Assembly: GCA_030704615.1 (NCBI GenBank)
Contig: CM060733.1
Span: 8,742,001-8,806,000, forward strand
DNA from: Takakia lepidozioides
Lineage: Eukaryota > Plantae > Bryophyta
Length of the DNA: 64,000 nucleotides
Reading direction: 5' to 3'
The notes under the pieces were generated by a model. That model worked only from the letters and a program-made list of their open reading frames with translations. It did no database searches and was not told the DNA's origin. Position 1 is the stretch's first letter. The number at the start of each line of letters is the position of its first letter. Shown here piece after piece: positions 49,139 through 59,196 of this stretch. Both the position numbers and the translations under genes were made by a program.

Positions 49139-50903
49139 TTGATAGACATCTCATATTTTAGGCCAAATGCAAGCATCTAACATTTGTTCAATAAGCACAT
49201 AAACCTTGTCCTTACAATGCATATGTCAACTTCTATGATGGAAAAAAATAAATAATCTCAACATCTTGGCACAAAACATCGAACACCTTTCATGAGCTGC
49301 ATGAAGCCACCACATAACGCAATAATGTAGCAGTAGATTATGAAGTTGCTTGATGGTTGAAGACGTGCTATAAGTTGTGAATATACAAAACAAGTTAAGA
49401 TAGAGGTCTATTTGAACTTATAAGAGATCATGCAATGCAAGGTTTTTCTTTAATTCATCAACATAATCGTAACAAACCATTCGTTGAGACCTTTCAAAAT
49501 GTAGACTTTTTATCTATGTGGTGTTTAATCCATGACCACCACTGAAATCGTATTAGGCCCTAATAACCACTGGGCTATCTATTGGACGACAATTAGAAAC
49601 CTTTCACTATAGCATATGTAAGACTTCTCAACATGAACATGACCACTTATAACTACATTTATAACATCGACGTAATTATATATGTTGCGTGGCCATCCAA
49701 TTCCCCATTGGTAAGGCTTACGGGAGTGAGGATCTCAACCCATGCTGTATAGCCTGCGATGTCTATGCAATAATGAGGTCTTTCACATGATACAGTGTGT
49801 GGATATGTCAACCAACCATAGACCATGTTCCACTTTGGTGCAAAAGCAGAAAATCCGCATTGCCTTAAAAGAGTGGTATAACTATAAGTGGTGGAGCTAG
49901 TAGCAGTATTAGTCAGTGAGTAACTGATGCTTTCGCTCACTGTTAAAAAAAAACTTATTGGATTGTACATCATATTTCCTCCTATATCAAACGATATAGT
50001 AGTTGATTTTGAGAGGCTCACTGAAGACGATGTCGTACAAGTATTTTGTCCAGTGCAGCACATAGGCACATCTGATATTGCCTCCCAAAATGTGTGTAGA
50101 CCATCATATTCTCCTTGTTTATCAAACAAAACACCTCTTGCCAACTTGAGTGTCAAGAAAATACTTAACATGACCACTAGCAGTTGAATCCTGTATTGGA
50201 CATTTTTTCCATGGTTTATCATGATGATTCTCTTTCTCAGAGATAAGATGATCACTACACCTACAATATAGATTGAATGAATAAGTGTGAGAAGAGAGAT
50301 ATGTCTTGTCAACTTTAATGCATGTTTAAATAGTCCAAGATTAATATTCATTGCAGCTGAAAAAATGAGATTGTCTTGGTCAACCGGCCATAGCCCGCAA
50401 ACTTTATGCAGCCACGTCATATTGAATATGACTGATCCGCTATCGTCCATTAATTTGCACTTTGAGGACCCTACACACCTGGTCATATTGTGTGGGCCCC
50501 TCCCTGCTAACCCTTGTGTCAACTTGGTTGTAGACAACCCACATTTTCCTGTAGGTATATGCAAGGTAGGGTGGACCAAAATGGACGACACCGGCTTGAT
50601 TTCCAGTGAATGTGGTCAATGGTACCACCTATATTTTTTCTACTGTGTCACTATTCCATCCAAACATATATGGTTTAGCATTTCTAACTTCAATATCTAC
50701 GTATTCCAACTATCCAATTGTCAAATAAATGCATGTTGCATTTTTTTGAGTCCATATCATTGATTTTCATGCTGGTTTCAAAAGCTCATAGCTCGGTGGT
50801 GGTTATCCATAGCTTTGCAATTTTGAATAGGGAGTGCCAATTTAGATAACATTCTAAGAATATTTTGTCGTTTGGAACCTATGGACTAAATATGTGCGAC
50901 AAA
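49139..50903. repeat. Copy B of the ~1.8 kb duplication
   Basis: Shares start and end sequences with copy A (46778-48620) and is collinear with it. Confidence 0.93.
49659..50222 (-). CDS. Intronless ~187-aa secreted Cys/Ser/Thr-rich protein; candidate minimal aerolysin/ETX-MTX2-like beta-pore-forming protein
   Basis: Open frame from ATG 50222 with a signal-like segment IQLLVVMLSIFLTLKLARG and 6 Cys in the mature part. Alternating pattern TTSSSVSLSKSTTISFDIGG..ISFFLTVSESISYSLTNTATSSTTYSYT. The paralog conserves the frame. The fold call is inference. Confidence 0.7.
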   Translation of the reverse strand: MINHGKNVQYRIQLLVVMLSIFLTLKLARGVLFDKQGEYDGLHTFWEAISDVPMCCTGQNTCTTSSSVSLSKSTTISFDIGGNMMYNPISFFLTVSESISYSLTNTATSSTTYSYTTLLRQCGFSAFAPKWNMVYGWLTYPHTVSCERPHYCIDIAGYTAWVEILTPVSLTNGELDGHATYIITSML

Positions 50904-52030
50904 TATTCATTCTCTTTTGTTTTGTTTTGGTGCTATCTTTTACTAAAAGGGTGTAGGTTTCCATTATCTCAAATGTCCCCAACAAGTATGGACAAATAGA
51001 TCACCAAATCTACGTTGAAATGTAGCCCTAGTGACAAATGACCTGTATGATGCATTGGTGGACCAATGGAATTTGTCACAAGTAGCGTAGACCCCACCAT
51101 TTGAGGGGTTGGATCTCATGGATGTCACCATCTGTTGTTTTTTGTCCACCCTCTCTTGCATTCACTCGCCCAGTCTGGCCTTATCGATTGCTTCCACCCT
51201 AGCTACTTACTCATCCTCATGGTTTTCTAAAACTTAAAGTATAATTTTTTGGAAAGTGCAATTTTTTAAGACATGCATGCATTTTCTACTTGCCAATGTT
51301 TCTTTGAAAATGACATGAACAACCTCTCAGCCGGTACCCATAAAACATAAAAAATATTTGAAGGGCTGAAGCATGATATTTTAACTCAAATAACCCCACA
51401 AAACCAATTGGAAATATCATTGTAATTTAAGAAATTAACAAAAATACAAAAGCTGTTTGGCCGACATTAATAACTAAGGTACAATCTCGGGGTATAAGTT
51501 TATTAATCACTTATTGGTTAATTATCTAAATATATAATATATTACATATATAATATAATATAATATATATTATATTATATCCAACTTAATCTCACAAATG
51601 CAACACTCTGGAAAATGATCATTGTTCATTCATATTGACCTTTGATATATATCAGACCTTTCGATGATGTGAGCATCTTATTGTAATCTGATTTTAGAAG
51701 AAGTGGAGTGAACATTTGGTACATGTGGATAAATACTTTGAGTACTTATTAGGAGATCCAGGCTACATGGACAAGGAGATGTTCATGTGGCCCAACTAAT
51801 TGGGAACCCACATTAAATGTCGTATTGTGTAGCCCCAGAGCCATCAACATTACAGATCAAAAATAAAAAATAAAAAAAATCCCAGTTTTTATCAGTATCG
51901 GGAATTTTTCGTATACACAAAGGTTGTCATGCTTCCAACACCTCTGATCGAAGGCTGCAACAAGTTAGAAAACCTAGCTGTCATCTCCATTAGCTGTCAA
52001 CCTAGTTGTCACTTCCATAGTTATACAAAA

Positions 52031-52126
52031 GAGAGAGTGAGAGAGAAGACTCCGGCCTAAACCGGCATAACTAAGAGCCACTTCACCTCGTGCAGCTATT
52101 GGCCCCTTTCGAGGGTGGGCCCTATT
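52031..52126 (-). mobile_element. 96-bp retroposon (SINE-like or truncated 3' UTR) sharing the 3' tail of the Dualen-like LINE
   Basis: TSD GTTATACAAAA at 52020-52030 and 52127-52137. Ends TTATGCCGGTTTAGGCCGGAGTCTTCTCTCTC. Confidence 0.78.
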
Positions 52127-52893
52127 GTTATACAAAATATTTTAATATTGGAGCTTATAAGCATAGTCCAAATTAACTCCCAAAGTTGAATCCACTTCAA
52201 AATAATCACACCTTAACTCTGAAGAATTACTTTAGGAATTAGAGTAATTTAATAATTCTCCTCAATCTACCTGTTTTTTTGCTAAGTGGACCCTGAAGAT
52301 CTTTGGACACATTCCAAATATATGATCTAACCACAAGAGGGACAAAACCCACACAATTATTTGGAATAGTTTACCAAACCATTGCAAACATTAATAAAGA
52401 GACAAAAGATTATGCCAGATGTAGCGCTCTCTCTAGTGATTTCATATCACAAGGACAAAACCAAGGCTTTGGTTCCAACAATTTCAATTTGTACATTGGC
52501 GACTTAGACTTTGGTGTACTACGACAACTGAACAACCTTGGACTTTCTCTTGACCATAGTTTGAGATCTTTATGGTGGACAAGAGCCATGTCAGAACTCC
52601 TATAAACTCCACAATCCAAGCATGTTTCTTCACCACAAGGTCTTTCACACATTCATACGATCAGCTCTAGAATATATATTTTTTCATTTCCCAATGTACA
52701 CATGTACATTGTATGGAGTATCTTATTTTCTAATAGGCCAAGGTAGTGCAAATTAAATTCTTTGCCAACATCAATCTTACAACGTGATTTTTCAATGTTA
52801 TTTTTTCTATTTATTTTATTTTAAACTTAAGCTTAGGCTATTTCATTTCACTTCTCAAATTCAAGATTTGTAATCTAGAGTTTTCCAATCCTA

Positions 52894-53334
52894 ATGACGA
52901 AGATGATCCAATATAATATGCATATTATGTTGCTTTTGGCCATACTAGAATCTACTGCATTTATGCAAATGCAGGCTCTTAGTGTCACATTGCGGCAATT
53001 GGACTGTAGTACCACTAGCATGCCAGCTAGTGGTGTCATGAATGCTGTCTTCACATCGATGCAGAATGTTGGTCAGAATATTAACTCTATAACTTGGTCT
53101 AACAATGAAAAAAATGTTACTAATGTCCAAACTTCTACTAATGGCAACGGATATGCAGCTGCGGCATGTTATAACAACATTTCAGATGGAGAGTGCTCTA
53201 CATGTATGAAGGTTGTGTACTCAATGCTCCTCGATTATTGTTATATCAATGGTGGTGCAGCTCAAGGTGGCACTATCACTGTGCAAGACTGTTATATGCG
53301 ATATGAGGTCTATTGTTTTTGGAGTGGTTGTTGA
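52894..53334 (+). CDS. Single-domain DUF26/Gnk2 (ginkbilobin-2-like) secreted cysteine-rich protein
   Basis: Signal peptide, C-x8-C-x2-C motif (CYNNISDGECSTC), C-terminal DCYMRYE, intronless. Confidence 0.9.
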   Translation: MTKMIQYNMHIMLLLAILESTAFMQMQALSVTLRQLDCSTTSMPASGVMNAVFTSMQNVGQNINSITWSNNEKNVTNVQTSTNGNGYAAAACYNNISDGECSTCMKVVYSMLLDYCYINGGAAQGGTITVQDCYMRYEVYCFWSGC

Positions 53335-53903
53335 TCAACTGTAGGTTGGTTTTGTGGAATGGGCATTGTGGATGCATGCACAATGAATGGTGGGGATGGA
53401 TAGAGTGCTGGAGAATCACAAGATGGGCGGAGTACGCATGTAGCTCTAAGAGCGGGAATATCAAGTAAAAACCAGTTGAGAGAGAGAGAGATGGAGAGAG
53501 AATAATGATAGGGAGGGAATTTTTCGGAGTCAAGACAATGAAGTTTGACACTGAGATTCCATTAGTTTAGTTGGCTCGATATTCTAGGAGATAGGTTCAA
53601 ATGAGATTCAGACAAATAAAGAATGTTTTGTTATTAGGGTACAAAAGGGGATAAGTACATAGTAGTCCTCAATCTAGGAAATAGTTTTCTAATACGCGGT
53701 GGAAATGACTGGAAGTCTTGTATTGTTGTGCTAGGAGATTTGCTCCATATAATAACGAATCATTGAGATTATTTATGACAACATGTTAGCTCTAGGGAAA
53801 AGGGTGAGATTTGACTAAATCCATATTTTTGGAAATCATTTGAGTCACAGTATCTTAGTTTAAATAAAAGTTTCTTTACTCTTTAGGCCTCGGATTTATG
53901 AAG

Positions 53904-54725
53904 TATAAGTTTTTACTAGTATTTTTAAAATTTAGAGAGCTCACTAATATCTGTATAAGCATCCAGTAGAAGTTGTATACATAATGCAATATTGTTGGGG
54001 TTTCAGATGAGGGCTAGTTATGGGACAGAGCCATGATGCAAAGACATATTCGTCAAACATGGAGGTAAGAAAGGGAAGGATCAATAAAACATAGAGGAAA
54101 CCAAAAATTTGTCGAGAGTACTTGACCATAACGAATGTATGGAATAGATAATGGGTGGACAATGTTATATAGGCAAACATAAGTCCTTACTAGTATTTTC
54201 AAATTATAGAGAGCTCACTAATATCTGTATAAGCATCCGGTAGAAGTTGTATACACATTACATAATGCAGTACTGTTGGGGTTTCAGATGAAAGGCTAGT
54301 TATTGGACAGAGCCATGATGCATATACATATTTGTCAAACATGGAGGTAAGAAAGGGAAAATCAATAAAACATAGAGGAAACCAAAAATTTGTCAAGAGT
54401 ACTCGACCATAACGACTATATGGAATAGATAATGGGTGGACAATGTTATATAGGCAAATATAAGTTTTTACTAGTATTTTCAAATTATAGAGAGCTCACT
54501 AATATCTGTATAAGCATCCGGTAGAAGTTGTATACATAATGCAGTATTGTTGGGGTTTCAGATGAAAGGCTAGTTATTGGACAGAGCCATGATGCAGACA
54601 CATATTTGTCAAACATGGAGGTAAGAAAGGGAAGGATCAATAAAACATAGAGGAAACCAAAAATTTGTCGGGCCTCGACCATAACGACTGCATGGAAGAG
54701 ATAATGGGTGGACAATGATATAGGC
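53904..54725. repeat. Tandem repeat, 3 copies of a ~275-281 bp unit
   Basis: The unit TACTAGTATTTT..GAGAGCTCACTAATATCTGTATAAGCATCC..GATAATGGGTGGACAATG starts near 53904, 54179 and 54459. Confidence 0.95.
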
Positions 54726-55219
54726 TCTAGAAGATCAAGTGATGTGGCGTGAGTCTGGGCTCACGACGTGGCAATATACTAGCTGGCTCATGTTATGACA
54801 TCAAGGAGAAATAGTGTCGACTATAGTACCCATATGTGGACCCCTCCAACAAGTACATATTTTCTTTGTGTCATACACCACATAAAGCTATTTATGTTAC
54901 ACCGTGGCATGTAACTCCTTTAGAAGATACTCTTATGTTAAACCTTGCGATCGATGTATTATTCGTGTTGCTACAAGTTGGATAGAGAGTTCAGTTCATG
55001 TTATCATTTGATATGAATTATCGTTAACTTGAATTTCTTTTAATTATGATGACTGATGTGGGGTCCATACAAAATCAATTTTAGAAGAAGGCATGTTGCT
55101 TGACGACTAATACTTTTATTACTGAAATATATCCATGTTGAGAGGTCTTAAAATATACCATTTACTACATGTCCTTTGTATCATAATCTCCTACACACAG
55201 TTGAAACACTATCACTTTA

Positions 55220-55340
55220 ATTTTATTTATTTAAAATTAAAAAGGGGGGAGACAGCCCGGTAAATCATATTTATAGGTCACATGGAAAAATAGGCCATAA
55301 TACCATGGGCAAGCTTTAATCTATTTGTGGATGAGGGCAA
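55220..55340 (-). mobile_element. Probable L1 3'-UTR remnant
   Basis: Minus strand ATTTTTCCATGTGACCTATAAATATGATTTACCGGGCTGTCTCCCCCC plus an A-rich tail resembles the L1 end at 42772-42850. Confidence 0.45.
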
Positions 55341-56154
55341 ACCAGCCTAGACTTTGACAAAATAAGAAGCACTACCACAGATCGGCCGTTTTACGATAGG
55401 GAAAAAAAGTAGTTATATACAACCTATGCTTGAGGGCATAGTTAATATCAATTGTCCTAAGCGGGGGTTGGATTTGTGTGAGCACAATCCACGGTCATGG
55501 GGGTTTTATGTTTTAAACCTCGGTCATAGCAATTATGATTTCAAAACGAAAAACAAACTATAAGCAGGTATAGATGGTTGGTGCGTTTATAGGGTACAAC
55601 TGCACCAATTCGATAAACTACCTAGCCTATCTATACATTTATAAATACTCCAAATAATCACTTACAAACCAAAACATATTAAATATTTAAAGAATCATTC
55701 TAATATTTAATTACTTTTGTGGTTCACCTTCAACGAAAAACGACACCATATATAGACTCTAATTTCCATTTTGATCATCTATATTATAGGCCGCATACCC
55801 TCATCGTATATAGTTAGAACTCTACAATATTAGTGTTTTTCTTTTTCTATGTTAAATTTCATCTATACTGCGGCCGCATCCTCATCTTATATAGTTTAAA
55901 TACACTATGTTGGTTATTATGGTTTCATATTTTGATCCTCTACATCAATAACAATTAGGTTGTAATAGTTACACTTTCAGCCACTTTGATTAATTTAGCT
56001 TTACTTTTCTATTTAGCCAAACTTATATTATACAATCAGTTTTTTTTTTCTGTATTTGTGTTGGACGATGACTTTTATAAGAATTGGAGGTAGAGAGGTT
56101 GGGAGGACAGTGGACGCAGAGAGCAAGTGTGTGAAGAAAACAATTTGACAACCA

Positions 56155-56890
56155 TGCTTATGAAGGAGGATGTGTGGGATAAGTTATCAAAGGGTGGAAG
56201 TTTTTCTGCCACTTCCAACACAGTCTCGGTTTTGTGTGACAAGCAAAAATGGATCTTATCAACTACCTTTAGTGAGCTTTGTGCTGAAATTCCTCCGTGA
56301 AAAGCCCGCATCTATGTGACAAGCTTCAGTATAGGTAAGGGCTTTATCATTTGTAGATTTGAAGAATCGATAAGATGCATAAGATCATTAAGCATGTATC
56401 ATGAAGGTTTGCAGCCCTACTTCAGACGGCCGGCTTGAAGTTTAAAGCTGCGAGGAGGAGCATAAGGTAGTATGCTTCTGGAATGCAGGACCCCCATTTC
56501 TGAGCAATACATTTGCCTTATTGTTGGTGACCTTGTCGCCAACACATGTACTAAATTTTCATTGCCAGAATGGACTGACATTGGGGCAAACAAGTTCTTC
56601 CTTGTAGTTGATGGAAATACTGTATGGCGTCAAGGTTTTTATGCCGATAAGATTGGTGAGATTAGTGGGTATCCAGGAAAGAGAAGAGGATTTACAAGTT
56701 TGGGAGGTGAATTTGTCAACTAATAAGTGCATCAAGATTGCCCAAATGTCTGATTCAGTGTGGCAACAAACATGTCAATGCCCCATGCGGTTTTGTGGCG
56801 TAGAATCAGACAATGACTACATTTTCTTTGCGATATATGATGGCTCTAGTAAATGTGTTGTTTATGACTTGGTCCATGAGACCTGACGAA
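56155..56890 (+). pseudogene. F-box protein pseudogene
   Basis: Across frameshifts: MKEDVWDKLS../FLPLPTQSRFCVTSK/WILSTTFSELCAEIPP*, then LIVGDLVANTC, LVRLVG..LQVWEVNLSTNKCIKIAQM and CVVYDLVHET*, typical of F-box plus beta-propeller proteins. Confidence 0.7.
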
Positions 56891-57298
56891 TGCTGCGTCG
56901 CATTCCAAATGATGAAGAAAAATTCTTCCGAGCACACTACTACATTGATGAGGTTGAAGAAATGTCTTGTTTCTAGGATCTTTTTATTCTTCAATTTTTT
57001 TCTTGGTGGTTGTTGGAGAGATATATATATATATATTAGAAGTGTTTGATATAGGCGATCTCTATATGGAAGTAGCTAAATCATGCAGTTCTACATACTC
57101 TTATTTTTAGTATTATCATTGGAGTTATAAACATTTGTGTAAGATTGGACAGCCTTCTTGCAAGGCCCGACAGCCGTATGAAACATGTAGGAAGAAGATT
57201 TTTTTTTTTCACTGGACGAAACCTTGAGTAGTATAGCCAGCAACCTTAAACCTATAGCGGCAGCGGCGGCGGGTTTCGCATTGAGAAACATTTGGTGA

Positions 57299-57947
57299 GA
57301 GAGAGAGAAGACTCCGGCCGAAGCCGGCGTAAGTTGCCGTTTGTTGGTAATAATAGTTGTGAGGGATCGGAATGTCGTGAGGTGGATTGCTTTGAAACAT
57401 TTATGAATGAGAATGATGGGGATTTTGAAGTTATTATGTATAACGTTGATACTGGCATTATGTATGCCGCCTCTAGTTCTGACAGTGATGAAGGTTAATG
57501 GCCGGTGGTCCAGCCTCTATGGCGAATTGCAAGGATGAGCGAAACATATTTTTGTCGTTTTTCCAGGATCGAATCATTGGGGTAGCGATCATGACAGTAT
57601 GTGAATTCGATGAAGTGGATGGTGAGTTGTGGGGATGACGTAGTGGGTGGTGGGGTGCTAGCGGGTTGTATCCAAGTAGAATATCATGGCAGAGTCTGGT
57701 GGAGCAGGTGCATGGTGAACGGGTACATGTAATATGGGAGCAACCATGGTGGTACAGTGTGGTCTGGTGGTCGGCCTTGGTAGGTGCCGACGTTAATGAG
57801 TGAGAACCACCTGGTTTCAACTTGGCTCATAAAGAGTTTATGGATGTGCCAGACTGTGTGGTTGTGACGAGTGATATGAAGGCCATGAATGATTGGATGG
57901 ATACATTGGCTATGGAGGTGTGGCCAGATGTCGCGTTCATGGTGGGT
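57299..57947 (-). mobile_element. 5'-truncated Dualen/RandI-like LINE encoding a partial zinc knuckle and a restriction-like endonuclease (RLE)
   Basis: 14-bp TSD GAAACATTTGGTGA at 57285-57298 and 57948-57961. Translation across frameshifts: DIWPHLHSQC..ITRHNHTVW..PPWLLP/..RLCHDIL/..IHFIEFTYCHDRYP..EKRQKY..RHRGW/ITVRTRGGIH..IITNKRQL. (TC)n tail. Confidence 0.8.
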
Positions 57948-59109
57948 GAAACATTTGGTGATATAGCCACAAACCTAAGCAACGGTGGGTTTCGTATTGA
58001 GAAACCCTCAGTGATGTAGATTGAATCCAAACTTTCTATACAAAAATCCCAACACCCAACATTCCCACATCCAAAATTAGGCTTTCAATGCCCAATATCT
58101 GGGTAATCTTAGCATAATGTACATGTTTTGATATTGATGTTCAGTATCACAAGAGAGGATAGGATTTAGGATATATGTTCTGATATAGTCTATGGCATAT
58201 TCAATGGAAATCTCTCCGGGTATCTAGAGGATGAACCCTATATTTGTTTTCAGTTTTCTTCCATAGAAAATATATCTCAGAATGTAAAAGTAGTTTTAGG
58301 GGTCAGGGTTTCACCCCACGAAATTATCCATGGGTGAGGACCTTAAATGTGACATGCAGTCTCATCGCCGCCAACTCTCCCGCCTAACTATGAAAAGGGT
58401 ATGATATCGTGTGAGCACAACGCGAGGAAAATCCACGCCTAGAAGATAACATGTTTATCAGGTATAGGGGTTACTTGTTATTTATGTGTTATAACTAGTG
58501 CTCATGTGAACCCTTGGAAATAGTTTCACACATTTATGATTTTCGCAAATTATTGGTTCGCTGTAGAATATTCTGCGGAGATTGGGGGAATTCACAGAAT
58601 ATGCCCTTGTGCTCACGTGATGTGCTGCCCAGCCAGCAAGAAGGTTCGACTAAACAAGCAATGGAAACTTGTTAGACACATACCAAATTGCGTGCACTCT
58701 AGCAGGGGATCCAGTATGGGGTTTTGTGTGGGTATGTTCCGTGGAGAAGAAAAAGAAATATTGGTATTAGAATCATGTAAGCAAGCTACCAACATGCACA
58801 TTTGGTCCCACTTGCCAGAGATGGGTAATCTCTGCAATCTCTTAAGATGATATGCAATTATCACTCCCATGCTTCTGTTTTCAGGCAGAATTGGGTGTTA
58901 CAGGTTTGCATCACCATCGTAATGGCTTTATTTCATGTAACACTGGTGGGCTAAACCACAAAGGTTACAATCTAGTTACGTAACGCTTGTTCTCTTATGC
59001 TTAGAGTTTAGTGTCTCCCACCTGTTTCATTGCCGAGCCTACTCGGTGATTCGACGTGGTATTTATAGCTTGCCTATGATGGCTGGGTTAGGGTGTTACC
59101 CCATCTAGT

Positions 59110-59196
59110 TCCTGATGTCTCCCTCATGGACCTTCACATGGTTAATTTTTCCATGTCTTTAATATGAATTAAGGGCCTTTGTCCCCTAAAATAAAA
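59110..59196 (+). mobile_element. Probable L1 3'-UTR remnant
   Basis: CCCTCATGG..GGTTAATTTTTCCA..TTAAGGGCCTTTGTCCCCTAAAATAAAAA versus L1 end CCCTCACGG..GGTTATTTTTTCCA..AAAGGGCCTCTGTCCCCT. Confidence 0.5.

Noticed and set aside
50223-50591. N-terminal 123 aa of the 310-aa ORF 49659-50591
   Set aside because: It starts at GTG, is not open in copy A, and contains promoter-like motifs (GGGCCCAC, TGACGTGGC, TATTTAAA). ATG 50222 with a signal peptide is more plausible.
53904-54725. CRISPR-like array
   Set aside because: The units are ~280 bp whole-unit repeats with no unique spacers, the context is eukaryotic, and there are no cas genes.
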